Source of the DNA: Octopus vulgaris
Lineage: Eukaryota
Length of the DNA: 64,000 nucleotides
Reading direction: 5' to 3'
NCBI GenBank assembly: GCA_951406725.2
Contig: OX597818.1
Coordinates: forward strand, 112,902,001 to 112,966,000
The notes under the pieces are model-generated. The model worked only from the letters and a program-made list of their open reading frames with translations. It searched no databases and was not told the origin of the DNA. Position numbers and translations under genes: made by a program. This document shows, piece by piece, positions 27,393 to 41,046 of this stretch (within the stretch, counting starts at the first letter, position 1; each line of letters opens with the position of its first letter).

Positions 27393-28074
27393 ACGACGAC
27401 CAATGTTGCTGCTGATGCTAAAACTGCAGCAATCAATATCAATTGTTGTAGACCAATTGGTTGATTCGTCTCTTTCGATAAGCTCTTGTGTTTCTCCGTG
27501 ACATCGACTGGTTTCTCAAATCCCATCCCATTTCAAACTGCTTGAACTCTCTCTCTGTTTGACATTTTTTGGTTTTGTATTTTATTTTTGTTTTTCAGTT
27601 TCCGTTTCGTCATATCCATTTGGTATCTGGGAATAATTTTGTGTGGGGTTTCCTCCGTTTTCTCCACTTGTTCCCTCCCCCCGCGTTGTTGCAGGAACAA
27701 TGTAGGATACTCTACATATCATGTACTCTGATATGTAGGATACTCTGCATATCAAAAGCAAATGCTGCTGTGGGCACGGATAAGGTACCGGAAAGAGCAG
27801 GAATTGTTACTTAAATCCCTATTTCATTCTTATCGTATACATATGTTAAGGCGGAGTGTTTCCCCACAAGCGAAGCATTCGATGTTCAGAGAATAGACAA
27901 CACCACACGACAGTGTCTGATGCAAGACTTTCCCCCATGACATTCATCTGTAACTAAAACATGGAATGCAATAAACAATACAGTTTTTTTTTAATATTTT
28001 AAATATTTTTCTCCGTACTCATCGAAACTGTCCTTTTACAAAACATTCTATCATAAAACACAACTGAAGAGGGT

Positions 28075-28284
28075 TTCAAATTGCGGCACATGGCCAGCAC
28101 ATTTAAAACAGGGAGTAAGTGTTTTCATCACGCCCAGCTTTCAAGTGGTATTCATGTTATAAATCTTAAGAAAAGGTGAAAGACAATTTCAACATGGCCG
28201 AATCTTTAACGCAGAACTTGAAGCCAGATGAAATGTTAAAAAGTATTATGTTCAGCGTGCTAACAATTCCGCCCGCTTGTCGCC
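28075..28284 (-). mobile_element. SINE family B (head-to-head with the next copy)
   Basis: Ends in GCGTGCTAACAATTCCGCCCGCTTGTCGCC, the reverse-complemented head. Confidence 0.75.
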
Positions 28285-28304
28285 TTGAAGAGCTCAGTTT
28301 CTAG

Positions 28305-28500
28305 GGCGACGAGCTGCCAGAATCGTTAGCACTCCGGGCAAAATTCTTACAGTATTTCGTCCACCACTACATTCTGAGTTCCAATTTTGCCGAGGTCAAA
28401 TTTGCCTTTCATCCTTTCGGGGTCAATTAGACAAGTACCAGTAACGCACTGGGATGGATGTAGTCGAATTAATCCGTTTCCCAAAGTCTGAGGCCTTGAG
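28305..28500 (+). mobile_element. SINE family B
   Basis: GGCGACGAGCTGCCAGAATCGTTAGC...TTTGCCTTTCATCCTTTCGGGGTC...AAGTACCAG. Confidence 0.85.
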
Positions 28501-28619
28501 GTTCCTGTAGAAATTATTTTAGTAAGAGTTTCTAATTTCGCGACAAGACCAGTAATTTTTTGTGGGTAGAGGCATTTGTAGAATTAATCGATAGTACCGA
28601 TCCGAGTACTAGAATAATC

Positions 28620-28898
28620 TTACATGTTTCAGTCATTAGACTGCGGCCATGCTGGGACACTGCTTTGAAGAACTTTAGTCAAACGAACCGACCCCATTAC
28701 TTTGTTATATTTTGCCGAACCACTAACTAGAGAAGAAGTAAAACCTAACACCTGTTTTCAATACTCGGTCTACCAAATCCATTCACAAGGTTTTGGTTGG
28801 CCTGAAGCTATTGTAGGAGTCACATGCCCAAGGTGGAATGCAAGGGACTGAACCCACGTGGCTGAAAAGCAGACTTCTTGTCGCACAACCAACAGCCC
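28620..28898 (-). mobile_element. SINE family A, decayed and internally deleted
   Basis: TTTCAGTCATTAGACTGCGGCCATGCTGG...TACCAAATCCATTCACAAGG...GGGACTGAACCC. Confidence 0.75.
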
Positions 28899-29563
28899 TT
28901 TGGAGATAAAAAGTAATTTGATCTCAGTGAGGTTTGAACTCAGAATCCAAAAAGCCAGCGGAAATGTCGTAAATAGATTTTTCTCACGCTTTGACACTTT
29001 TGCGAATATTCTATTAGCTGTACTTAATTATTCGGATACACATCTATAGACATTATTGAATATCATTATTTTTTCTCCCGAGAAATTAGTTCCTGCCCGT
29101 TTTCACAAATGAAAGCCTCAAATACAGAAGTGCTTACACTGAAATTAATGACAGAACCGTAATAAAATTCTGTTTCTTTATTGATGTAATCATGCTGTAA
29201 TTACAAAACACATTATTTCAGAATTTTTCATTGATTTCGGTTTGTCTATTTTTAGGCTTCGCGAAATTAATTTCGAACTCTACAGTATTCCATGGGAAAC
29301 AGTCAGGAACAACTTCGGAGAAGACACTCAATGTTCATGCGATGATAGCAAGCAGATTAGAAAGATTGTTTAATCTCATGCTGAAATGAAGAGCTGATAT
29401 AAAAACATATTAATGGATTTGTGGATGAATATGTCTACGTATATTATAATGTGTTATTTACTTTATATAATAAACGTATCTGTTACATTTATTACTTTAC
29501 CTCTTTGAGATTCTTAGCGATATATAATGTAGGAAATACTATACACACATATATGCAGACATA

Positions 29564-29616
<53 letters not shown>

Positions 29617-29667
29617 TCAAGTACCTACATCTAATAAACTGTTTAAGTATCTTTCTATGTGTAGAAA

Positions 29668-29825
29668 GGCGCAGGTGTGGCTGTGTGGTAACTTGCTTGC
29701 CAACCACATAGTTCCGGGTTAAGCCCCACTGCTTGACACATTGGGCAAGTGACATCCACTATTACCTCGGGCCGACGAAAGCCTCGTAAGTGGATTTCAT
29801 AGACGGAAAGTGAAAGAAACCCGTC

Positions 29826-29828
<3 letters not shown>
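29668..29828 (+). mobile_element. SINE family A 5' half ending in (TA)n
   Basis: GGCGCAGGTGTGGCTGTGTGGTAA...GACGGAAAGTGAAAGAAACCCGTCG(TA)n. Confidence 0.85.
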
Positions 29829-29865
<37 letters not shown>

Positions 29866-29870
<5 letters not shown>

Positions 29871-30270
29871 TAACGTATGCTATAATTACAAACAGCAAAT
29901 TTTAGCTATTTTTCCGCAGAATGAAAAAAAGATGATGAACTGCCTTAATCAAATATTCGAACCTTATTGTCTTATCAGAAGGCGTCCACATTACTTTGGG
30001 AATCGCCAGAAAAACAAACAGCCAAACTGTTTATATACTGAACAAATGCAGCAGTTTCTCTATGAAGGTGTCTAATTTGCATACCGAAAATTTTTAACAC
30101 TATGAATACCAGCGGCCTGTTAACGAGGATCTTAATCCACACATTATCAACATGTGATGTAGTATATACGTAACATATGGTATAATTATAAACAGGGAAA
30201 ATTTTAACCGTTTCTGAGCAGACTGAATAAATGAAGAACAACCTTAATCGATTTTCGAACCTTATTGGGT
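29866..30270 (-). mobile_element. Partial tandem (pseudo-LTR-like, ~300-bp period) with decayed HHR, adjacent to (TA)n
   Basis: 29866-29970 is repeated divergently at 30164-30270. Minus strand reads CCTT CTGATAA GAC-AATAAG-GTT CGAAT ATTTGATT AAGG (29943-29982); the second copy has GAAAATCGATTAAGG. Confidence 0.55.
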
Positions 30271-31091
30271 TAGAGAGGCACATACGTTCACACACGTTCG
30301 TACATATTTACATGTGTTTGTTACAACTGCCTGGATTTCTCGATTATCCCTCTGAATATTATTTTCATTATATGATATTCAAGCAAAGGCGGGACTCGAA
30401 GCAATACAACATCCCAGGGACAATTACCTCAAATCAAAGTTTGACCTTCGAAAATGATTGAAAATTAAAATTTTTATATGAATATGTGTGTGTATGTGAA
30501 TGTGTATGTATATTGGTGTGGGTTTTGTAAGATGGCCGCTTAATATTGGACTGCTTATCATTGTACTAGATTTAATAAGGATAATTGGTGTCTGACGCTT
30601 CATTCTCGTTACATGTATTGCTTGAATGACCTAAGGATTGAACTCACGCCTGCTAAATATGCTTCTCTCAAACACATCCATTTTCCATATGTTTACTTTC
30701 TCGCTCTCTCATATTTTCGTAGGGTGAGTAATGAATCGAAATTAACAGCTAAGGTCAAGTATTTTAACTTACAATTCTTCGTGGAGTGTGAGGAGAATTT
30801 CGAGGCAGGCTCTTACTTGGGAGGGGATTCGTGATAACCGATTACTGAAATGTTAGTTACAAAATGAATACTAAACCGAACACAACCATTCCTAAATAGA
30901 ATAACATAAGCCGAGTATAAAAACTGTATTCATCACTATCTAAGTCTTGCAAACATGAATTTGATTGGGTCAAAGGATTGAAAAGTGTTGAAAGATAATA
31001 GTATAATGTAATGCGCTCAACATTGCTCAATGAAAAAAAAAATTAATATCAGCAAGTGCTGATTAATTACTTATGTTCACAAAATGCTAAC

Positions 31092-31257
31092 AGACGCAGA
31101 AGTGGCTGTGTGGTAAGTAGCTTGCTAACCAACCACATGGTTCCGGGTTCAATCCCACTGCGTGGCATCTTAGGCAAATGCCTTCTGCTATAGCCCCGGG
31201 CCGACCAATGCCTTGTGAGTGGATTTGGTAGACGGAACCTGAAAGAAGCCTGTCGTA

Positions 31258-31312
<55 letters not shown>

Positions 31313-31548
31313 ATGTATGTGTGTGTGTTTGTGTGTCTGTGTTTGTTCCCCTACCATTGCTTGACAACCGATGCTGGTGTGTTTACGTCCCCGTCACTTA
31401 GCGGTTCGGCAAAAAGGGACCGATAGAATAAGTACTGGGCTTACAAAAAGAATAAGTCCCGGGGTCGAGTTGCTCGACTAAAGGCGGTGCTCCAGTATGG
31501 CCGCAGTCAAATGACTGAAACAAGTAAAAGAGTAAAAGAGTAAAAGAG
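31092..31548 (+). mobile_element. SINE family A, full length, young
   Basis: Complete head, internal (TA)/(TG)n and (GTAAAAGA)n tail. Confidence 0.95.
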
Positions 31549-32149
31549 ACGTTCTCCTCAAAATCCAACAAATCCGTTCCGAACACTTATTAAATCCGCG
31601 TTTTGCAATTTCAAAATGTTACTGCTTATTTAGTGTATAAGTCTTATGGAATATAGCATAGTATTTATGTTTTAATATTACGACTAAACATCTGAACATG
31701 TCGACGTAACTGACAGAAGATAAGTCAGTAAGTAGATAAACATCATGTCGGATGACAAAATAGATATCTCATGATAGCTTACATACTGTAGGATGTGTTA
31801 AACAGTGAAAAAACGAAAAAAAAAGAAAAGAAACTACCTGTTATATTTAATATCAGACAGTTTCACTGAGATTAATTTACAACATTTCTCGATGTATTAG
31901 AAATCTCCTTATAAGAGCATTAGAGTTGGTGATAAAATAAATAACAAGTTTTACGATTCACAAATATGCGATCGACAAAGCAGATATCGCGGTAAACTAA
32001 TATTCCAAAGATTTCGCACTTACTTATAATACGCAGCAGTCGCCTGATTTGTGTTTTTATCTGTATACAGCGTTTCCATTTCTATCCAAAGCTAAAGAAT
32101 TCGCAATAGTCTAACTCAAATTCATATCATATAATTTGGAGATTCGCAA

Positions 32150-32150
<1 letters not shown>

Positions 32151-32199
<49 letters not shown>

Positions 32200-32200
32200 T

Positions 32201-32250
<50 letters not shown>

Positions 32251-32837
32251 ATGGTGGTGGTAGTAGTTGTAGTTGTGATGACAATGATTGAAATAATAGT
32301 TTCAAATTTTGCCGCAAGGACAGTAAGATTCGGGGTGGAGGGGATGAGTCGATTTTTTTCGACCCAAGTGTTCAACTGGTACTAAATTTGTCAATCTTGA
32401 AGGGATGAACGGCAAAGTCGACTTCGGCAGAATTTGAACTCAGAACGTAGCGGTGGGCGAAACACCGCTAAGTATTTCGTCCAGCGTGCTAACGATTCTG
32501 GCAGCTAGCCGCCTTAACAATGATAGTAATAATAGTAGCAGAAACGATGATAGGGAGGTGGTGGTGGTGGTGGTGGTGGTGGTGGTGGTGGTGTCGGTGG
32601 TTGTGGCGGTGGTGGTGGTGGTGGTGGAGGTGGTGGTGGTGGTGATGGTGGTGGTGGTGATGGTGGTGGTATTGGTGGTGGTGGATGTGGTGGTGGTGGT
32701 GGTGGCTGTGATGGTGGTGGTGGTGGTGGTGTCGGTGATGCTGGTGGTGTCGGTGGTTGTGGTGGTGGTGGTGGTGTTGGAGGTGGTGGTGGTGGTGGTA
32801 GTGGTGGTGGTGGTCGTGATGGTGGTGGTGGTAGTAA

Positions 32838-32881
<44 letters not shown>

Positions 32882-32905
32882 TCAGCAGCAGCAACAGCAG
32901 CAGCA
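32151..32905. repeat. (GTA)n/(GTG)n trinucleotide tracts flanking a family B SINE
   Basis: Direct reading. These tracts produce the poly-T/V/P ORFs. Confidence 0.9.
32300..32513 (-). mobile_element. SINE family B
   Basis: GGCAAAGTCGACTTCGGCAGAATTTGAACTCAGAACG...GCTAACGATTCTGGCAGCTAGCCGCC. Confidence 0.85.
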
Positions 32906-33317
32906 CCATATATTGTCTGGGAAATTTTCATGAACACCAGATGGTATTTCCTTGCATATATCTTACCATCAAATAAATGTTTACTTGTATTGTTGTGTTC
33001 TTTGTCGGAAAGTCGAAGTTAAAGAAAAATATATATTGTTTTTTTATTGTTGCAGATCATTCTTAGGCTAAGACCATTACAGAAAGCACAAACAAAATAA
33101 ATACATTAGATACAGGCATATCAGAAAGATGTCATTACTTGTGTTCAAAGATTCATTTGGTAAACATGTGATATTCGCTTCAATCCACACTGCAGGGAAA
33201 TAATCAACCATTTTCTCACGGTGTACGTATAAACTTAATATATAAGGGGGTCAAATCGTACAGTGTAGCACTTACCGGAAATCTGTTGGAACGACAATTA
33301 TCTTTTATATTTCATTT

Positions 33318-33655
<338 letters not shown>

Positions 33656-33732
33656 TAGAGGAAAACCACTATGTGGACACCCTTATGCAAGAAATAGATC
33701 CGCTATGGTCTTACTTCTAAGAAATGTTCTCA

Positions 33733-34150
33733 ACAAAAATTTAGCAAAACAACCAAAACGTAATCTAACAAGACAAAAGAAAAAGCAATACAAATATGGA
33801 TTATTCGCATACATGTTTCACTATTAATATATTATCTAATTTTACTTACATAAATGTCCGTAGATCATCGGTGCGACCGTCCAGATGAATATAATTTGCA
33901 GGACTGCATACTCAGACGTCCGCACAAAGTCAGACTATTTTACAAGTCTGACCGATGATCTAAGGACTTTTATGTAAGTAAACGTACGCAATATGGTAAT
34001 AGTGAAACATGTATGCGAATAATCCATATTTTTATTGCTTTTTCTTTTGTCTTGCTCGATTACGTTTTGGTTGTTTTGCTAAATTTTTGTAAAATAATTT
34101 TACCATGAACAACACTTTAGTACCGGTTTCAGTCATTGCGACTTTTCCAA
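33733..34150. mobile_element. Fold-back (140-bp arms 33733-33872 / 33951-34090) followed by an HHR-like motif (34118-34150, minus)
   Basis: The arms are imperfect reverse complements. Minus strand TTGGAAA AGTC-GCAAT-GACT GAAA CCGGT A is related to the 25346-26132 element. Confidence 0.75.
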
Positions 34151-35271
34151 TTTTTTCAGTAAACTATGAAAAACAATTAAATTGTGAAAAAATTAAATGA
34201 AATGATTTTTAAAATATATATATCTCCATAGTTTTCAAATGCAAAGTATAGCTTGAGATGAATTCTTATCTTTCATTGTTTAAGCAGCAGTAGTAGCACA
34301 GAAAGGAGGTGACAGAGAAGAAGAAGAAAAAGAAGAAGGTGGAGGAGGAAGTGGAGGAAGTTGTCTGTTCAGAGCCTTGTAACTTGCTATTTGCCCATGA
34401 CACAATGATCCACTGATTCTGCTTCTACTCTTTAAGACGACCTTTATTATACATGAAACAGATTTTTGCAGCCGAAACTGATAAAATATATTTCATATCG
34501 ATAATTATGTTACTATGTGTCCAGTATCAATTTCTATGTAAAGACTTGCTTCACGTATCTCTGTGGTTACAGCACAAGCCTGGAGTATGATTGTTATATT
34601 GCTATCGTAATCCTAAGTATATTATGTGTGTATATTATATGGGTGTATGCGTGCTAATAATCTCTTACAAAAAATGGATAACTAATATTATTGTTATGTG
34701 ATTTTTCTGTTTCATGTATTTTTTCCAACAAAATATTTTACTATGATAAGAAATGTTTAACAAACCTACAGTTTCTCATTTCAAAATCAATATGTTTAAA
34801 AGTCTTGTTGCATAACACGTGACAATAAACAAAAAAAAATAGATACTTATAGATATATAAATATACACAGTGTAATTCATAAACTAATAAACAGGCTTGC
34901 TGTTTCGAATTAAAATATTAAAATGAGATCTTCAAATAAAAAACAACATAGGTTTTAAAATTGATATTTTTTTTCAATTCCTATCACGTATGATATTTCG
35001 ACAGCTACATGGTAATGCCATTAAGATGATTAAAATAATGTAATCAAAATAACATTTCTTTCCCGAAGAAAGTATTTCATGATTTACTTTCGCCTACAAA
35101 AGTAAATTATACATGATAATTGATAAATTGCAATAAAATAAATAGAGTAAATATGTATAAATATACTCAAAATACATAGTTACATTCACGCACACAGGAT
35201 TTCAAAATATACACACATAAACACACAAACACGCAAAGATGTACATACGTGTGAGAGTGTGTGTGTATATA

Positions 35272-35334
<63 letters not shown>

Positions 35335-35532
35335 TATAATAATAATAATAATAATTTTAATAATAATAATAACAATATGAGGGAATATTATTCCAAACTT
35401 ACAGGGAAAAATTTAATTCAGAAATACTAAATCAAATTTCACAAAATATAATATATATATATTATATTTTCATAGTGACGTATAAGTACATACGTGGGTA
35501 CATACGTGGGTACATACATAAATGCACATATT

Positions 35533-35605
35533 ATTATTGTGATGTAGTTGTTGAGAACGAGGGCTAATAACCCCAAGGTTCAGAGATCGATTTCAGGCAG
35601 TGATA
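35533..35605 (+). pseudogene. tRNA-Ile(AAT)-like SINE head
   Basis: 73 nt. Acceptor ATTATTG/CAGTGAT, D-arm GTAGTTGTTGAGA, anticodon arm GGG-CTAATAA-CCC, CAAGGT variable loop and T-loop GATCGATT are colinear with eukaryotic tRNA-Ile(AAU). Confidence 0.7.
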
Positions 35606-35640
35606 GGATGATAATAATAATAATAATAACAATAATAATC

Positions 35641-35678
<38 letters not shown>

Positions 35679-35738
35679 TTTAACATCGAAATATTAACAC
35701 ACGTTAGGAAGAGAACCCAGGTTCGAAATTTCCCCAAT

Positions 35739-35783
35739 ACACCTGATGAAGGCTTGGGGGGTATATCAGCCGAAACTTTGTGT
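35739..35783 (+). ncRNA. Hammerhead ribozyme motif in the tail of the tRNA-Ile-headed element
   Basis: ACAC CTGATGA A GGCT-TGGGGGGTATATC-AGCC GAAA CTTT GTGT has a canonical core and stem I ACAC/GTGT. Stem III appears mutated (CTTT where CGTT is expected). Confidence 0.7.
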
Positions 35784-38221
35784 CAACAACAAAAAAGATG
35801 AAGACACATATTCATCAATTTTAAATAATGTAAAAAGTATACATAATTCCTCATCTCTTAAATATAGAACTGTAGATATTTCTCTCTTAACGTTACAAAT
35901 GACTTGACGGGATGCTGATACAATCATTCCAAAAACGAATTTATATTTCTTTTCCATGAACTTAGGATACTGCAGCTCCCCGTAGATCTTATGGATATCA
36001 TCAATGACATGAGTCAAAACGTTTCTATTCAATATAAACTGCAATGTATTTTTAAACGAGAGGAGATTAAAGGCGAAGATGAAGTATTCACTTCATATAA
36101 CATCACGAGTGACATGTATTTTCTTTCATATTTCCCAAGATCTAGTATTGCAAAGATATTTCGACCTTCTGTCAACAAATACTTTTCCTGCTAAACGCAC
36201 GAACAGAAAAAGCTTTGAAACGATTTAACATGAAAATATAAACGCGAAAAGTCAATTGTATCTTAAATACGTGATGCATGAGGAAGAATATTACAATGAA
36301 ATTACTCTGAGCATCGACACGGTAATATTATTTTTTGACACTATTTACATGAAAGGAAAACTGAAGCTACGTTAAAATTTCATCCCGGAATACAGGGAAA
36401 CATAACCAGATAATAAAGACAACGTTACGCAAATCACTCACTTGTAGTCTATGCGTGCGGTCAGTTTTGGATTCGTACGTTGACAAATGGACACAAAACC
36501 TTTTACGAAAGTAACAGGCATCATGGAAAAAAACTGAAGATATTAAGTTGCCATTGATGTACACTCGGATGGTTTTATCAAGTAAACGTACTGTATTTTA
36601 AAAGATTCTGATATAAGATCATTGACCTAACACATTTTGTCTGTTCATTCCTTCAAGTTCCATAATTAGAGCTTATTGTTTGAGGCTCCATAATATAAAT
36701 ATACTGTACCAGTTGTGCTAGACCACAGTTTCGAAAATAAAAGCATCGCTGGCTTACTAGGTCGACTAAATTCACTATAGGCCAGTCTGCATAAACAAAT
36801 GAGATATAGAACTCGTTATGAGCAGTGTCAAAAATAATTTTAGTCGTATTACACCAATCAGCAGAAGCGGCAGCAGCGCAGCTGAGATTATTCTAATAAA
36901 ACGTACGAGGGGGAGTGGAAACCGCTCCATTCAGAGGAGTAATATTGCAGTGATATTAGTAAATTTATTTTATTTAGATTTTATGGTGGTGCGCAGAAAA
37001 TATATTAATTATAATTTGATCAAAAGTTTACCTACCAAATTTTATTTCATGTGTTATTGCTTCAAGGTTTAGTAACTACGTTTGAATTCTACTTCTTTTA
37101 TTGCCTTAAGAGATAACTTTCGTTCAATATACATGCACATATATAAATACATATATAAATACATATATACATATATAAACACACACACACATTTATATAT
37201 GTGTTTGTATGTATGTATGAATTTATTTATACATACATTCATATATTTATATAAGTGTGTGTGTATGCATATATGTATATATGCAAGTATGCAAGCATAT
37301 TTAGGTACCTTTCTTTCTCTCTCTCTCTCTATGTATATGTATGCGTGTATATATATATATATATACATACATATATATACATGTATATACATATATAAAC
37401 ATACGCACACACACACACACATACATGTGCGCGTGTGTGTGTGTGTGTGTATGTGTGTGTGTGTGTGTATGTGTGTTTGTTTACTATTGCTATGGAGTTT
37501 TATTATTTTAGCTGCAGCGCTTTCTAGAACTATGAAAGTTTCTGAGAAGTAAAAAGAAGGAATTAACATAATGAAAAAAGACATGAAGAACATCGAAGAG
37601 ACCATTATGTGGCTAATAATTTGCAGTATTGTGGTAATACGCCAAAATTTCTTTACGTTTTGGAACTGTTTCAGGAAGAAGCAAATATAATGTAGAACAG
37701 CCAAAACAAAAAAATAAAAACAATAGACAAAAAGGAGTTTAATAATTCAGAGAATTATAAGTTGCACACCTTTTTTTTCCTCTGTAAATATTTCTCCTCA
37801 GAACACAATGTAATTGCAACTGTATTTATCCAGATATTTTCCTTCCTTTATTGCTTGTATTTTTGTAGAGATAACTGGGAGACGAGGAGGGCGCTATTTT
37901 TATACATGTTTCATATTACATTTTGCAAAGAATAGTTAATAGTTGGTATGACATTACACTACTTGAATGCAATGAGATTTATTGGCATTTTCCTTGATTA
38001 TGACATTCTGTGATATTTTGCGTCAGCAAATGCTTGTATGTGTGATGCTGTAATTGGGATTGACATTTAACAAAGTTAACATGAAGGAGAAAAAAAAATG
38101 GTTAATACGTGAAACAAAGTCAAAAAAGTAAAAGTGAAAGAAACGAGCCGGCAAAAACGACAATCAAATATATTATTCACTAGGAAATCCGAAGATTACC
38201 GAAAACAAAGCTAAGTAACTA

Positions 38222-38238
38222 TAACAACAACAACAACC

Positions 38239-38304
<66 letters not shown>

Positions 38305-38312
38305 GTAATAAT
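38222..38312. repeat. (AAC)/(AAT)n microsatellite
   Basis: Direct reading. Confidence 0.95.
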
Positions 38313-38642
38313 AAAGTAGGAACAATAACAATAATAAAGCTATTATTACTTAGCATTAGACTTAAGTATTCCTATTAAGAAAACACAAGTCGTTATAAGA
38401 CTACGGCACAAAGAAAAAATCTAAGGAGATGTAAAACATAACTGACGTTCTCTCAAGACAATTACACTAATTATAAATCATCCTATTGTGAAGTGAAAAC
38501 TTGTAGTGAATCCTACGCGATTTATAAATAGAAGTAGAAGGAAAGAGATTATACATGTCTATATCTACATACTACATGCGCATATAAATATATATAAATT
38601 ATATACACATACATATATATGTAAATGTATACACTCACACAC

Positions 38643-38683
<41 letters not shown>

Positions 38684-38864
38684 GAACGTTGGAATATATA
38701 TATATATGTATATACACGTAGAACATTGGAATGAGTGCTCAAGACCGCATTGGTGGATAAATAATTTATTTGTGAATTAATTCACAAACGAAGTAAATAT
38801 ATATATATTTGTGTGTATCTATTTATGTATAACTCTCTCTCACCCCCTCTCTCTCTCTCTCGTC

Positions 38865-38898
<34 letters not shown>

Positions 38899-39205
38899 AT
38901 CTATTTATGTATAACTCTCTCTCACCTTCTCTCTCTCTCACCCTCTCTCTCTCTCTCGTCATATATATATATATCTATATATCTTGATACCTAGTGGAGG
39001 GAGACAGAGAGAAAGACAGGCGGAGACAGAGAAAAAGAGAATGACGTTTTTTGTCTCTTCAATATACACTGAATCTATGCATTTCCTGTAACGAACACGT
39101 TTTCCGCTGGATTATCATTGCCCGAATCAGGTGGGTTGAATTTATAAAACTGGACTAATACAGGGTTCATTTTTTATAAACTTATACAAGTTTCTTCTCA
39201 CCCTC

Positions 39206-39249
<44 letters not shown>

Positions 39250-41046
39250 CGGCAAAAAGAAAATGAAGGAGATATAGAAGAAATTTTGACAGGCGGGATT
39301 GTGGCTCGTGACAGAATGCGAGGGTACACTCCCTTATTTCTCTATCGCAATGTACGGCTAATGTTATGGACGTTAAAATCCGAAGATTAGTATAAAGACG
39401 ATATTTACTTGGAATGCAATATTTGCAATCAATATTCGTATGTCAATAAGATCTTTACACATGATTTAAGCGATTACCTGTTAATTAAAAGAAAATGAAA
39501 AAATGGTTTATTATTGCTATATTGAAGGCTACTCAATAAATATGAAGCGAAGATGTATAAAAGTATATAACAACTTAGCTTGTGGTGGAACATAAATAGT
39601 GACAGCAGTCCAGCTAGAGAGGATTGAAAGCCTTCGGAAACGAATTACTAACTAAAAGATTTATACATTTGGCCATTTAATTCATGGACACACACGCAGG
39701 CTATATGTTTGTATGTATGTATGTATATACATCTTCATATTTATACACTCTGCTCACACTTTTACACAACTAAGTGCGAGCAGACTTAATTAAAGTACGA
39801 TCGGTGCCGCTATTTAAGTACAAAATGCTATTTCTCGTCAGACATGCAATGTTAATAGTGTTGCTCTACTGTGCCATCGCATGACTTTATGTCTCATACA
39901 TGCCCTACTTTATAATCTCGTTTGGTTATATATTGAAGACAGTCTATTGTTACTGCAGTAAGTTTTCACCTAGTCTTTTGTCTTTCCTCATTTATTTACA
40001 ATACGTTCAGTAATATAAAACATCCCGCCATTCTATTTAATATTATATTTAATTTTCAGACATTTATTTCTAATGTGCGGATTCTCTAGCATTCAATAAA
40101 TATATAATGGCATTATTATATTGTGTTTTAGATCATTCGGAAGATTGTGAAGAAGGAAATATTTTTTTGTATTTTTATCGGAGCTCAGATCGTACCGTAA
40201 AAGAAATTATTTTCTATACAACACGATAAAATTAAAACGGAATAAAATATATAAATGACTTTACAGAATTTTTAAAACTTCAAATAAATGTTGACAAACT
40301 TCGTATTCTTTTATATAACTATTAATACAGTATAATGTGTAATAGAATGTTTTTGTGCTGGTGTTATATAAAACATTAGCATTATATATAATTTTATTGA
40401 AGACAAGTAACACCTATTTTTAACTCCTTCTCACTTCTTTGTCTTTACACACACACATATGTAATGTATACACAGGCATAGAGAAAGATAAAGATATACA
40501 TGCACATACACATTTCTTGCCTTGATACATATATATTCATAAATCAATGAATGCTTATATATACACACACATGTGTATACAAACATACATGCATACGCAC
40601 GCATCAATAAATAAGTAGACTGTGTGTGTGTGCTTGAGTCAATACATTTGTCCGTAAGTATTTATTGTATGACTTATAACTTGCTTCATCAGAAAATAAA
40701 AATATTAGAATTTATCACGATATCCTTAAGGACAGAACTACATAATCAAATGTTTTTCAAATATTTGGTCTATTATAAGCACTTAAATGTCTTCATTACA
40801 AGAAAACATATCGAACATTATAATAAAACAAAACTTAGCAGCAATATGTTGGACAAAATCCTTACTCTATGTCTCTTCCATTATCTATGTACAAACACAT
40901 TCAGTGATTTGATCGAAGAAATCCGCTTTTTCCCACTTCTCCTTCAATAATCAATGTATACAGCTCAGAACCTTCTCATTGAATATTCTATCATACATTC
41001 TAGTTAACAATGAAGTTAACAATGAACTTTTGCCCAGCTTCATATG

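Noticed and set aside
32111-33022. Mucin-like poly-Thr, poly-Val and poly-Pro ORFs
   Set aside because: They arise from (GTA)/(GTG)n tracts around a family B SINE and are open on both strands.
35533-35605. Functional tRNA-Ile gene
   Set aside because: It has several G-U pairs and mismatches, a GATCGA T-loop, and no oligo-T terminator (followed by (AAT)n). It is treated as a SINE head.
36870-37560. CCAAT box and TTCTAGAA/TTCTGAGAA motifs as a promoter
   Set aside because: Short motifs expected by chance, with no associated gene.
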